A DNA stretch of 64,000 nucleotides from assembly GCA_016302925.1 (NCBI GenBank), contig JAEDMR010000001.1, positions 730-64,729 on the forward strand, written 5' to 3'. Made by a program: the position numbers and the translations under genes. Source of the stretch: Bacillota bacterium. GTDB taxonomy: Bacteria; Bacillota; Clostridia; Peptostreptococcales; Anaerovoracaceae. Below are positions 1-9,071 of the stretch, piece by piece. Below the pieces are notes generated by a model. It was not told the DNA's origin. It searched no databases and saw nothing but the letters and a program-made list of their open reading frames with translations. How positions within the stretch are numbered: the stretch's first letter is position 1; each line of letters begins with the position of its first letter.

Positions 1-379
1 TCATTCTGGTTTCCAGATCCGATGCAAGACTTTCCAGATCGCTGTAATCCGTCTTTTCCAGCATAACGGACATCCCCAGTTTCTCACTGGCAGAAAAGCC
101 GAAGTCGAAGTTTGCCTCCATATCTTCCGCATCATAATCGCTTTCGTCGATATCACTGGCGTCTTCATTTACTTTTTCATCGTAACTTCCTTCTTTCACT
201 TCCTCATCACTGGTTTCATCTTCATTATCCGCACCCTCGCTGTTCCCATCGGAAACGGAGGTGCCATCGCCATCCTGCGACTGATCTGCGTCATCCTTAT
301 TCCCGCAGCCAAAAGCTGCAAACGTCAGCAGAAAAATCAGCAGAAGTGCTGTCACTTTTTTTAACCTGATATTTTTCAT
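1..379 (-). CDS. Acidic putative lipoprotein (3' end cut by window edge)
   Basis: Absent from the ORF track because it runs off the edge. The reverse-strand ATG at 379 is preceded by AAGGAG. Translation MKNIRLKKVTALLLIFLLTFAAFGCGNKDDADQSQDG... gives a signal peptide with a Cys lipobox, then a D/E/S-rich tail. Confidence 0.6.
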   Translation of the reverse strand, partial: MKNIRLKKVTALLLIFLLTFAAFGCGNKDDADQSQDGDGTSVSDGNSEGADNEDETSDEEVKEGSYDEKVNEDASDIDESDYDAEDMEANFDFGFSASEKLGMSVMLEKTDYSDLESLASDLETRM

Positions 380-471
380 GGGGATAATCTCCTTGTCTTC
401 ATTTGTATTTTGCTTTCTTTTTTAGAGTATACCATAAAACCTTGTGTTTTTGGTGAAAAAAATGCATACTT

Positions 472-1617
472 TTATTTCTTCCGCCTGCATCCAAGCTCAC
501 ATACCGCGTCTGCCAGTGCATCCATATCCGACGGGCAGTTGTAAGGCCCTACGCTGACCCGTACTGCTCCCTGCTTCCATGTGCCGATGGTCTTATGAGC
601 CAGTCCTGCGCAGTGGAAACCGCCCCGGACTGCGATGCCGTATCGGCTGCTGAGAAGGTCCGTCACTTCCTCTGCCTGATATCCTTCCAGATTAAACAGT
701 GTGATTCCTGTCTTTCGCGAAGGCTCCGGTCCATACATCCTTACAAACGGCATTTCCGACAGCCGATCTTCCAGTCTGCAGATTAATTCCTCTTCATAAC
801 AGCCGATCACTTCTACACCGATTTTCTGCACATAGGCTGCGGAATACCCCAGCCCGATGATTGCCGGTGCATTGATTGTTCCTGCCTCGAATCCTTCCGG
901 ATATTCACCGGGCTGCACTCTGCTTTTGGACTCCGTTCCGGTTCCTCCCTGCAGCAGCGGCCGCAGTTTCACACCTTCCCTGACATAAAGACCGCCCGTT
1001 CCCTGCGGCCCCAGAAGTCCTTTATGGCCCGGAAACGCCAGCAGATCCGCATGAAGCTTTTTCACATCCAGATCCATACTTCCTGCTCCCTGGGCACCGT
1101 CCACCAGAAAGAGAATTCCCTTTCGTCTGCAGATATCTCCAATCTCCTCCAGCGGCATCTTCGTGCCGGTCACATTGGACGCCGCCGTGACCGCCACCAT
1201 TCGGGTATTGGGACGCAGCGCTTTCTCCACATCGCTCCCGTTCAGGAATCCCTCACGGTCTGCCTGCACCACCGTCTGCGTAATTCCCTTCCGTTCCAGA
1301 AATTTCAGAGGACGCAGCACCGAATTGTGTTCCATGGATGTGGTCACCACATGATCCCCTTCCTTCAGTACGCCCCGGATTGCCATGTTCAGAGCTTCCG
1401 TTGTATTCTTGGTAAACAGCAGCCGTGATCCGTCTTCGATGTGGAAGATCTGCGCCACCGCCTGTCGTGCATGATAGACTTCTTCCCCCGTTTTCAGAGA
1501 CATCTGATGGCCGGAACGCCCGGGATTGCCGCAGTACTTCAGCATGCATTCCTCCATTGCCAGAGCCATGCCCCTCGGTTTGGGAAACGATGTGGCCCCG
1601 TTATCTAGATAAATCAT
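472..1617 (-). CDS. Class V aminotransferase / cysteine desulfurase family protein
   Basis: ORF 472..1650. The start is placed at MIYLDNGATSFPKP (ATG 1617), which has a GGGGG RBS 6 nt upstream. The N-terminus and the HKGLLGPQGTGGLY (PLP-Lys region) motif are typical of this family. Confidence 0.8.
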   Translation of the reverse strand: MIYLDNGATSFPKPRGMALAMEECMLKYCGNPGRSGHQMSLKTGEEVYHARQAVAQIFHIEDGSRLLFTKNTTEALNMAIRGVLKEGDHVVTTSMEHNSVLRPLKFLERKGITQTVVQADREGFLNGSDVEKALRPNTRMVAVTAASNVTGTKMPLEEIGDICRRKGILFLVDGAQGAGSMDLDVKKLHADLLAFPGHKGLLGPQGTGGLYVREGVKLRPLLQGGTGTESKSRVQPGEYPEGFEAGTINAPAIIGLGYSAAYVQKIGVEVIGCYEEELICRLEDRLSEMPFVRMYGPEPSRKTGITLFNLEGYQAEEVTDLLSSRYGIAVRGGFHCAGLAHKTIGTWKQGAVRVSVGPYNCPSDMDALADAVCELGCRRKK

Positions 1618-1723
1618 CTCGTACCCCCTGAAAGGAAAAATAGAGGGCATTCCTGCCCTCTACATACTATGCGTTTCCCGCAAAATATTTCCTCCCGGTT
1701 TTTCATGCCGGCTCTCACTTTTT

Positions 1724-2440
1724 TCATTCTCCGTGGCTGACCAGACCGCTGCCGCTGATTGGTATGGCATCTCCGCCCAGTGCAGGTTTACTGTGCATCA
1801 GTGCTTTAAACACATCTTTGAAGCGGGCCAGCATTTCCCGCACTTCCCGGTATGTGCTTCCGAAATAACCCCTCTGGTCTGATGCCACGCCGCATACCGT
1901 AAGTCCCAGCTTCTTTCCGATATACAGAGCCCTGTACTGATGATATTCCTGGGTCACCACGATGACCCGCTCTGCACCGAAGATGCTCCCTGCCCGGTAC
2001 ATGGAATCATAGGTGCTGAACCCTGCATGATCGCAGAATATATCCTCCGAAGGAACGCCTGCTTCTTTGGCATAGTTCAGCATGACATGAATCTCGTTAT
2101 GCTCCACCTGTCCGTTATCCCCGCTGAGAAGAAGCTTTGGTGCAATACCCAGATTGTACAGCTCGATTCCCACGTCGAGACGGTCCTTCAGCATGGGGCT
2201 TGGTGTTTCCTTATCTTTGATCCCGGCTCCCAGAACCAGGATGCAGTCCGCATCGAAATCCGCAAGCTGCTGCTGCGTTACCTGACTAAGGGATACTTCT
2301 CCGGTAACAATACAGGCAATATTCTCCGCTGTGCTCCGTTTCACACTGTTGCTGACACAGAATACAGTCAGCACTGCCAGAATCCCTATGATAAGCAAAA
2401 CCAAAACAATCCGGAGAAAAAAACGCTTAATCCCTTGCAT
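1724..2440 (-). CDS. SanA/YdcF (DUF218) family membrane-anchored protein
   Basis: One N-terminal TM helix, then ILVLGAGIKD...SPMLKDRLDVGIELY...LLLSGDNG...NEIHVM, which matches the DUF218/SanA pattern. Confidence 0.7.
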   Translation of the reverse strand: MQGIKRFFLRIVLVLLIIGILAVLTVFCVSNSVKRSTAENIACIVTGEVSLSQVTQQQLADFDADCILVLGAGIKDKETPSPMLKDRLDVGIELYNLGIAPKLLLSGDNGQVEHNEIHVMLNYAKEAGVPSEDIFCDHAGFSTYDSMYRAGSIFGAERVIVVTQEYHQYRALYIGKKLGLTVCGVASDQRGYFGSTYREVREMLARFKDVFKALMHSKPALGGDAIPISGSGLVSHGE

Positions 2441-2975
2441 CCTCTTCCCATTCCTCTCTGATAATGGAAAACATCAGGTTGTCCCTGTCCGTTCCATCAT
2501 AAATGTGATAACCCTTCCGCTGGCGGCCCTCATATTGGAATCCGCACTTTTCGATAACGCGCTGAGACCGGCGGTTTTCCGGTCCGGTGCAGATTGCCAG
2601 AACTGCAAGCCCAAGCTCACGGAACGCATAATCTATCACTGCACATGCCGCTTCCGTCATATATCCCTTTCCCCAGCTTTCTTCCGCCAGGGAATATCCC
2701 ATCTCCATACTCCTGACGTCCTCTCTCCTGCGGTCCGGTTCCAGGCCGATACTGCCGATGATCCTGCCGGTTTCCTTTTCCCGGATGGCCCATACCTCGT
2801 GGGGCAGAAACAGTTCTTCTATAATCTTTTTAGATTCCTCACGGCTTTCATGGGGCTTCCATCCCGCATTAGGACCTACATTCGGATTTTTTGCGTAGGC
2901 ATACAGACCGTCGATATCCTCATCGGACAGATTCCATCCGGTCAGAATCAGTCTTTCTGTCTCCAGTGTTTTCAC
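2427..2975 (-). CDS. GNAT family N-acetyltransferase (RimJ/RimL-like)
   Basis: 182 aa with the typical RimJ-like layout (ETERLIL...W...; GYMTEA...A...A; QRVIEKCGF). Confidence 0.75.
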   Translation of the reverse strand: MKTLETERLILTGWNLSDEDIDGLYAYAKNPNVGPNAGWKPHESREESKKIIEELFLPHEVWAIREKETGRIIGSIGLEPDRRREDVRSMEMGYSLAEESWGKGYMTEAACAVIDYAFRELGLAVLAICTGPENRRSQRVIEKCGFQYEGRQRKGYHIYDGTDRDNLMFSIIREEWEEDARD

Positions 2976-4342
2976 AGCTTTTCCACCTCCCCGGTCTTAT
3001 AACCGAACATACAGATAAACAGGCATAGAGCCACACTTCCCAGCAGCGGATCCACCGGCGACCACACCAGATTGCTGAAAAGCATTACTGCAGGCCCGCA
3101 TACCATGGAGGCCAGTACCGGCCCTCTTCGGAATCTTCCTTTGCAGAACAGCGCCAGGGTGAGAGGAATAAATACCACCGTACCGCGAAGTCCCATGGAC
3201 AGGAATCCCAGGTCATTAATCAGGGCGCCCGGAATCATGACAGCTACCAGACCGGCGAAAGACAGCACCCCCAGGATACACAGACGCATGGATATGATGT
3301 GGGCTTTTCCGTGGTGCAGAGATGGAGCCAGCCGCCCGGCGATATCCCGGATAAAGATTGTGGATACACCCAGGGCCAGTCCTCCTCCTCCTGTGACTAC
3401 TGTGATAAGCAAGGCCCCAAGCCCGATTCCTCCCAACACTGGCGGCAGGTTTTCCAGAAGAAATACGGGGAACGCTTCCGCTGGGTTTGAAAGATCCGTT
3501 CCCCTCATGAAAAGTCCAACCACCATACCGGTAAATCCTACGGGAATGCAGATAAGACAGCTGATCAGAGCTGCCTTTTTGGCCACATGATAGTTTTTTG
3601 CGGACCATACAGCCTGCGCATACGTCTGGGTCGACAGTACGCCCAGGATGGCTGACATGCAGTTGGACAGATCTCTGCCCACGCCCCGGCTGAACAGATC
3701 TGAAAGATGAAGTTCCAGCGTTCCTCCCGTGGCCACCGGACCTCCGGATTTCACGAAGCAAAGGATCACGCAGACTGCAGAGGTCAGAAGGAGAAGCGCC
3801 ACTTTCACGATGCCGCCCATTTCCGCACCCCATGCGCCGCCGAACACCACATAGCAGCACATCAGCAGGACGGACAGGATCGCCGCACTCCAGAGCTGCA
3901 GTCCGGTCAAAGCCATCATAAGTGCGCTGGACGCCACAACATTTGAAATGATACTGACCAGGATTCCGATGGAGCAGAGGATCGATCCCATATACTCCGC
4001 TGTTTCGCCGTACTCCTTTCGGATCACTTCCAGAAGGGTCACATCCCTCCTCCTGCGAAGCGGTGCTACATAAATCAGGCACAGGACAAGAGCTCCCAGC
4101 CCGGCTCCCACAGTAAACCAGACTGCCGACAGCCCGTAGGTATAGGACAGCTGTGCGGTCCCGATGGTGCACTGTCCTCCAATCAGCGATCCGAGAAGAA
4201 GGCCGCTTACCATAAAAATCGAACCTTTCCCGCCTCCTGTATCAAAATCCGCGGCGTTCTTCACCTTGTTTACAGAGTAGACTCCCACACCGATGAGTAC
4301 AGAGAGTGCAATAACGATTCCAATAAAATGCCCTGTTTCCAT
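2972..4342 (-). CDS. Sodium:solute symporter family transporter
   Basis: 456-aa polytopic membrane protein. The N-terminal GGGKGSIFMVSGLLLGSLIGGQCTIGTAQLSYTYGLSAVW resembles the SSS family. Its stop overlaps the downstream GNAT start. Confidence 0.6.
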   Translation of the reverse strand: METGHFIGIVIALSVLIGVGVYSVNKVKNAADFDTGGGKGSIFMVSGLLLGSLIGGQCTIGTAQLSYTYGLSAVWFTVGAGLGALVLCLIYVAPLRRRRDVTLLEVIRKEYGETAEYMGSILCSIGILVSIISNVVASSALMMALTGLQLWSAAILSVLLMCCYVVFGGAWGAEMGGIVKVALLLLTSAVCVILCFVKSGGPVATGGTLELHLSDLFSRGVGRDLSNCMSAILGVLSTQTYAQAVWSAKNYHVAKKAALISCLICIPVGFTGMVVGLFMRGTDLSNPAEAFPVFLLENLPPVLGGIGLGALLITVVTGGGGLALGVSTIFIRDIAGRLAPSLHHGKAHIISMRLCILGVLSFAGLVAVMIPGALINDLGFLSMGLRGTVVFIPLTLALFCKGRFRRGPVLASMVCGPAVMLFSNLVWSPVDPLLGSVALCLFICMFGYKTGEVEKL

Positions 4343-4394
4343 TTCCTCTTTTTCCTACTTTTCTTCTGTGTTTTCTGCCTTTTCCTACAGATAC

Positions 4395-6452
4395 TTATTC
4401 TGTTGTACTTAAGATTTCATTGCTTTTGGTTTCTATCTGGCTGACCTTCATATTCGGTGCATCCTCCGGATCCACATCTTCCAGGAGTCCCAGCACGTTT
4501 TTCCCCAGATAGATGGTGGATAGTTCCTTTCCATCCAGCGTCACCTTACTGTACTGGTTGAAGTTCTCACCTTTGATATAGTACTTTTCTCCGATCTTCA
4601 CCACATCGGTGATCTTTATGGTATTGACGCCCATCTTCAGATCCGTCGCGCTGAACGGATTCGTTCCTCCGTAGATATAATTTTTTCCATAAAGCATGTC
4701 ATATCCCAGTGCCTTCAGATCCTGTAGATAGGTTTCGCTGTTGCTGTGATTCAGCTGATAAGTGAAGGTCGTTCCCACTTCCATGCCAATCTGATCCATC
4801 ACATGTGCTGCCAGCTGGTATGCATGCAGGTCCTCATCATCCTTCGGCAGATCGCAGTTGGACCAGATGATATATTCCGTGCCGTACAGGTTGTGGTTTT
4901 TCAGATCCTGTTCTTCCACTTCGATGGCCGGAATATGGTCTCCGTACATGACCAGAATCACCGGTTCCTCATACTTCGCCAGGGTATCGGTCAGTTCTTT
5001 GATAAACTGATCCATCTCATAGACCTGGTTTACATAATATTCCCACTTCCACTTCAGTTCCTCCGACGGTGCCTCAAGCACCTGTATGGCCGGATTCTGA
5101 AGAACCTGCTCTGTCGGGTACTTGCCGTGTCCCTGCACGGAAATCGTATAGATCATATCATGGCTTTCCGTGGATTTGAGTGCATCGGTAATGCATTCTG
5201 TCAGCACCCTGTCCTTCGCCCAGTTTTTCGGCGTCTTTACCACGTTGTTCATATATTCAATACTGGTAAACGTATCGAAGCCGATATTGGCAAATACCGT
5301 ATTTCGGTTATAGAACACCGCACGGTGATTGTGAATCGCGTGGGTGCTGTAGCCCAGACTCTTCAGATCGAAGGCCAGGCTTTCGGCAGGCTTGTCCTTC
5401 AAAACCGCTTTGTATGGATATTCTCCCGGTCCAAAGAACTTCACTGACAGCCCGGTGAGCACCTCGAATTCCACGTTGGCCGTTCCTGCTCCGCAGGCCG
5501 GTACCGTAAGCTCTCCGCTGGAATACTGCTCCGCCAGTGCGCGGAAGTTAGGACAGGCGTCCCCGGACAGTTTCAGATATTCCACAGTAGAAGGGTCAAT
5601 GAACGACTCCAGCTGCAGGAACAGAATGTTCGGATACTCCTCATCCACATCTTTGTCTTCCAGGAGCATTACCTCATCTTCTCCCAGTTCATCCTCATTG
5701 AAAATTTCTTTGATATTTTTCTCGTTATAACCGGACGGCTTACTGATCCCCGTATTGAGCCAGGTGTTGATGAAGCAGTACACTACACCGTAATCCCGAT
5801 ATGCATACGCAAGGTTTCCGAAGAATGTTTCCACCTTGCCGATTTTCACCATAAACGAAGTGGCGCCGAAGCACATGGCAATCATCAGAATCACCACTAC
5901 CAGATTCCGTTTCCACTTGAGAGTCCCCTTCTTTTTCGGTCCCTTGACAAACAGCAGAACCAGCCCTGTCAGCGCCAGCAGTATCCCTGCTCCGATCAGA
6001 ATAATCTCAGTCTTCGACATGTATGTGGTGACAATGGTTGCTCCGTCCTCCAGATTACTCAGATCCTTCACGGTAAACGGTGTCATGCGCTGGGTCAGGA
6101 TCACGCCGTTGACGATGCCGATGGTCATCCAGAAGATGCTGATGATGGTAAATACGAAAGTCCGTCGCCGAAACACGGATGCCACCAGCAGCGAGCTGAA
6201 AATCAGCAGGGCGTTGTAGCAGAAGACCAGCGGATGTCCCGCCATGAACTGGACACCACCCCAGATGGATGTGGTAGGATACCTGCCAAGTGTCTCAATA
6301 ATCAGATTCAGAAACAGTGCCCATATCACTGCGAAGGCAAAGCTGTTGTGTATAAATTTCTCGAAAAACGTATGCCGGTTCATGGTTTCCACTTCATGGA
6401 TGGTTTGCTCAATCTGCCGGTCCAGCTTCTCAAACTTATTAAATTTTTCCAT
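4395..6452 (-). CDS. LTA synthase family protein (membrane sulfatase-fold, LtaS-like)
   Basis: 685 aa: about 5 N-terminal TM helices plus an extracellular sulfatase domain (NILFLQLESF..., GTANVEFEVLTG, MYGDHIP). Confidence 0.8.
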   Translation of the reverse strand: MEKFNKFEKLDRQIEQTIHEVETMNRHTFFEKFIHNSFAFAVIWALFLNLIIETLGRYPTTSIWGGVQFMAGHPLVFCYNALLIFSSLLVASVFRRRTFVFTIISIFWMTIGIVNGVILTQRMTPFTVKDLSNLEDGATIVTTYMSKTEIILIGAGILLALTGLVLLFVKGPKKKGTLKWKRNLVVVILMIAMCFGATSFMVKIGKVETFFGNLAYAYRDYGVVYCFINTWLNTGISKPSGYNEKNIKEIFNEDELGEDEVMLLEDKDVDEEYPNILFLQLESFIDPSTVEYLKLSGDACPNFRALAEQYSSGELTVPACGAGTANVEFEVLTGLSVKFFGPGEYPYKAVLKDKPAESLAFDLKSLGYSTHAIHNHRAVFYNRNTVFANIGFDTFTSIEYMNNVVKTPKNWAKDRVLTECITDALKSTESHDMIYTISVQGHGKYPTEQVLQNPAIQVLEAPSEELKWKWEYYVNQVYEMDQFIKELTDTLAKYEEPVILVMYGDHIPAIEVEEQDLKNHNLYGTEYIIWSNCDLPKDDEDLHAYQLAAHVMDQIGMEVGTTFTYQLNHSNSETYLQDLKALGYDMLYGKNYIYGGTNPFSATDLKMGVNTIKITDVVKIGEKYYIKGENFNQYSKVTLDGKELSTIYLGKNVLGLLEDVDPEDAPNMKVSQIETKSNEILSTTE

Positions 6453-6489
6453 TTTTTCTCCCCTGTTTTTGCTTTTGTGCTCCCTGATC

Positions 6490-7356
6490 TCAAACCTCTC
6501 TTTTTTTCAGTTCATTGGCTATGACCGCAAACTCATTCAGGTCCAGCGTCTCAGCCCGTCTGCTGCTGTCTATGCCGCATGCCTCCAGAACCTGTGATGC
6601 CAGTTCCTTTCCCACGCCATCGATTCCTGTCAGAGAATTGGCCAGCGTTTTTCTTCTCTGTCCGAATCCGGCTTTGATGCATGCCATAAAAAGGTTACGG
6701 TCCGTCACTTCCACCGGTTTTTCTTTCCTGAGTGTCAACTTCAGCACCGCTGAGTCCACATTTGGCTGTGGAATAAACACATCCCGCGGCACATTCACCA
6801 CGATCTCCGGCTGACAGTAATACTGCACCGCAGCAGAAATGGCACCGTAAGTCTTCTTCCCCGGAGAAGACTGAATCCGTTCAGCGACCTCTTTCTGCAT
6901 CATCACGGTAATGCTTTCTGCTTCTACCCCATCCTCCAGCAGCTTCATGATGATGGGGGTTGTAATATAGTACGGAAGATTCCCCAGAATTTTCACCTGC
7001 CTGATTCCATGCTTTCTTTCTTCCGCAATCAACTGATTCACATCCGTTTTCAGAATGTCCTGATTCAGAATTTCCACATTGGGGCAATCTGCCAGCGTCT
7101 CCGCCAGAATCGGCAGCAGCTTCTTATCGATTTCCACGGCGATGACTTTTTTCGCCTTTTGTGCTGCTTCCCATGTGATGACCCCAAGCCCCGGTCCGAT
7201 CTCGATTACCAGGTCCTCCGGACCGATATCTGCGCCCTCAATGATCTGATCAATAATGGCCTTGTCAGTCAGGAAATTCTGTCCCAGGCTTTTGCTCGTA
7301 TGAAAGCCGTAACGCTTTCTGATCTCGTTCACCGTAGATGGTGCGTATAATTTCAT
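6490..7356 (-). CDS. rsmA: 16S rRNA (adenine1518/1519-N6)-dimethyltransferase
   Basis: ORF 6490..7395. The start is placed at MKLYAPST (ATG 7356), just after the rnmV stop. Motifs: SLGQNFL and VIEIGPGLGVIT (SAM site). Confidence 0.93.
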   Translation of the reverse strand: MKLYAPSTVNEIRKRYGFHTSKSLGQNFLTDKAIIDQIIEGADIGPEDLVIEIGPGLGVITWEAAQKAKKVIAVEIDKKLLPILAETLADCPNVEILNQDILKTDVNQLIAEERKHGIRQVKILGNLPYYITTPIIMKLLEDGVEAESITVMMQKEVAERIQSSPGKKTYGAISAAVQYYCQPEIVVNVPRDVFIPQPNVDSAVLKLTLRKEKPVEVTDRNLFMACIKAGFGQRRKTLANSLTGIDGVGKELASQVLEACGIDSSRRAETLDLNEFAVIANELKKREV

Positions 7357-7357
7357 T

Positions 7358-7912
7358 CTATTTTCCTGCCTCTGTCTCTTTTCGTTTCTTCTCAAAATCC
7401 TCCCGGCTGATGTGAAACTGGTTCAGCTTTTTCAGGAATGCCCGGCCGTTTCCGTAGCCGATTCCCAGGGCTGCGCCAAGGATCTGCCTCCGCTCTCTGG
7501 AATCGCTGCGGCCGAGCAGACCTGCTGCATACAGGTCTGCTTCCGTAAATTCTTCCCGCTCCTGCCGGTCTGTATAATGTGCCATGGCAATGGCTGCAGC
7601 AATATCTTCCGGGCTGGCATTTTCAATGCCGATGTCCCCTTTTTTCTCTGCAGCCTTTCTGGTTAGAAAGGCCTGGCGGCTTTCCGGAAACCGCTCCGTT
7701 ACCTTTCGCCGTATCTCCTCGCCACTGTGATCCGGGTCTGTAAAAATAATCAGCCCCTTCTCCGCATATGCTTTTTCCATCAGCTCCCATGTTTCTTTGC
7801 GAATGCCGAAGCCGTGGGTCTCAATGGTCATTCCGTCGATGGCACGAAGGACCGCATTGGTATCATCCCTTCCTTCTACGACAATGACCTCCTGTATTTT
7901 CAGTTTCTCCAT
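7358..7912 (-). CDS. rnmV: Ribonuclease M5 (Toprim)
   Basis: Start MEKLKIQEVIVVEGRDDTNAV, plus the Toprim DPDHSGEEIR motif. The rnmV-rsmA pairing is conserved synteny. Confidence 0.88.
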   Translation of the reverse strand: MEKLKIQEVIVVEGRDDTNAVLRAIDGMTIETHGFGIRKETWELMEKAYAEKGLIIFTDPDHSGEEIRRKVTERFPESRQAFLTRKAAEKKGDIGIENASPEDIAAAIAMAHYTDRQEREEFTEADLYAAGLLGRSDSRERRQILGAALGIGYGNGRAFLKKLNQFHISREDFEKKRKETEAGK

Positions 7913-7913
7913 A

Positions 7914-8378
7914 TCATTCTTCGCTCTCTTTTTTATTCTCCTTCTGAAGATGGAAGTCGTCAGGAAAATAAAAGACCAGCTCATTGGGCCGGATCAGCTT
8001 CAGTTCGCGCCGTGCCTTTTCTTCAATATATTCGTCCGTATTTACATTTTCCAGTTCCACCGTCAGTTCTTCCTTGATCTGCTCCAGTTTCTGATTTTCC
8101 TTCTGTAAATCCGCTTCCCGTCCTTTCAGGTCATAAATATTCTTAACGGAAATTCCTACAACAAGCAGAAATACAGTACAGACTGCCAGTCCTGTAATCC
8201 TGACCCAGCTGATTTTTCTTCTCTTTTTCTTATTTTCTGCATTCTCTGCGGAAGCTTCTGCTTCTTCTTGCTGTCTTCGACCGCTTTTTTTCTCTCTCCG
8301 CTCTCTCTGTGCACCGGATATGTCCAGTACCCGATGATTTTTCTCGAATTCCCGCAGCCTGCTCCCTTTCTTTGCCAT
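7914..8378 (-). CDS. divIC: Septum formation initiator family protein (FtsB/DivIC)
   Basis: Basic N-tail, one TM helix (ISWVRITGLAVCTVFLLVVGI), a coiled coil, and the C-terminal motif YIEEKARRELKLIRPNE. An AGGGGAG RBS precedes ATG 8378. Confidence 0.8.
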   Translation of the reverse strand: MAKKGSRLREFEKNHRVLDISGAQRERREKKSGRRQQEEAEASAENAENKKKRRKISWVRITGLAVCTVFLLVVGISVKNIYDLKGREADLQKENQKLEQIKEELTVELENVNTDEYIEEKARRELKLIRPNELVFYFPDDFHLQKENKKESEE

Positions 8379-8706
8379 ATTCTTTCTCCCCTTCTTTCGT
8401 ACTCACTTGCTTTTTCCAAATCCAAAGTCCCGCAAAATAACTTGCGATCCCCTGCATTGTTATCTTTCCTTCGCTGCTGTAAAACAGAAATATGCTGCTG
8501 CACCAGCCGATCAGAAGCAATCCTGTCACCTCTGTCATTCCGGACAGAATCCTGTATACCCGGCATTTCATCGTAACGTCCGGGGAGTCTGTTTTGCGAA
8601 GTAGTTCCGCCAGTCTCGCAAACAGCTCGTACACCAGTCCTGCAGCCATGCCGCCGCAGACCATGAGACCCATGGCACCAAGCTGTTCCTGAATCAGCTC
8701 CGTCAT
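8230..8706 (-). CDS. yabQ: Spore cortex biosynthesis protein YabQ
   Basis: Start MTELIQEQLGAMGLMV overlaps the yabP stop by 4 nt (ATGA). It is a small multi-TM protein in yabP-yabQ-divIC synteny. Its charged tail overlaps divIC out of frame. Confidence 0.7.
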   Translation of the reverse strand: MTELIQEQLGAMGLMVCGGMAAGLVYELFARLAELLRKTDSPDVTMKCRVYRILSGMTEVTGLLLIGWCSSIFLFYSSEGKITMQGIASYFAGLWIWKKQVSTKEGEKEYGKEREQAAGIREKSSGTGHIRCTERAEREKKRSKTARRSRSFRRECRK

Positions 8707-8966
8707 TTCCGGGCAGTCCTTCCGAACAGCTTTTTCTTTTCTTTGATTTTTCGGTCGGTATAACTGAGAGAACAAATCTCTCCGGTGATCACCAGCAGCC
8801 CCTGCTCCAGATCCAGTTTTTCAATATTCAGATCGTGACCGGTAATTTCCAGACCGCCCTCTTTCAGATTTGCCCACAGCGTTTCTTCGTCGAAGGCATC
8901 CACATCTGCTACCAGAGTAATGGTCATCCGCTGTCTGTTATCAATGGTAATATGATGATTTTCCAT
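8703..8966 (-). CDS. yabP: Sporulation protein YabP
   Basis: Start MENHHITIDNRQRMTI (ATG 8966, AGGAGG RBS). YabP signature: ITGVxxVxxFDEE-like DVDAFDEETLWANL...LEITGHDLNIEKLDL. Confidence 0.85.
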   Translation of the reverse strand: MENHHITIDNRQRMTITLVADVDAFDEETLWANLKEGGLEITGHDLNIEKLDLEQGLLVITGEICSLSYTDRKIKEKKKLFGRTARK

Positions 8967-9071
8967 ATGCGTCCTCCTGTTTTCTCCTCTGCTTTCTGTA
9001 TTATACCTGCAGGGGATCTGGTAAGAGTATATGGAAAAGCAGGCCTGTTCAGAACTGACCTGCATCGTGTG

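Noticed and set aside
112-369. 85-aa plus-strand ORF at the window start
   Set aside because: It is antisense to the acidic lipoprotein gene, which has an RBS, a signal peptide and a lipobox. The plus-frame product is His/Arg/Pro/Leu-rich, as expected from reading a D/E-rich gene backwards.
8156-8566. Extra ORFs in the yabQ/divIC region (8156..8566 minus, 8268..8576 plus, 8407..8604 plus)
   Set aside because: They overlap yabQ and divIC, which are supported by synteny, TM patterns and RBSs. These alternative frames give low-complexity sequence only.
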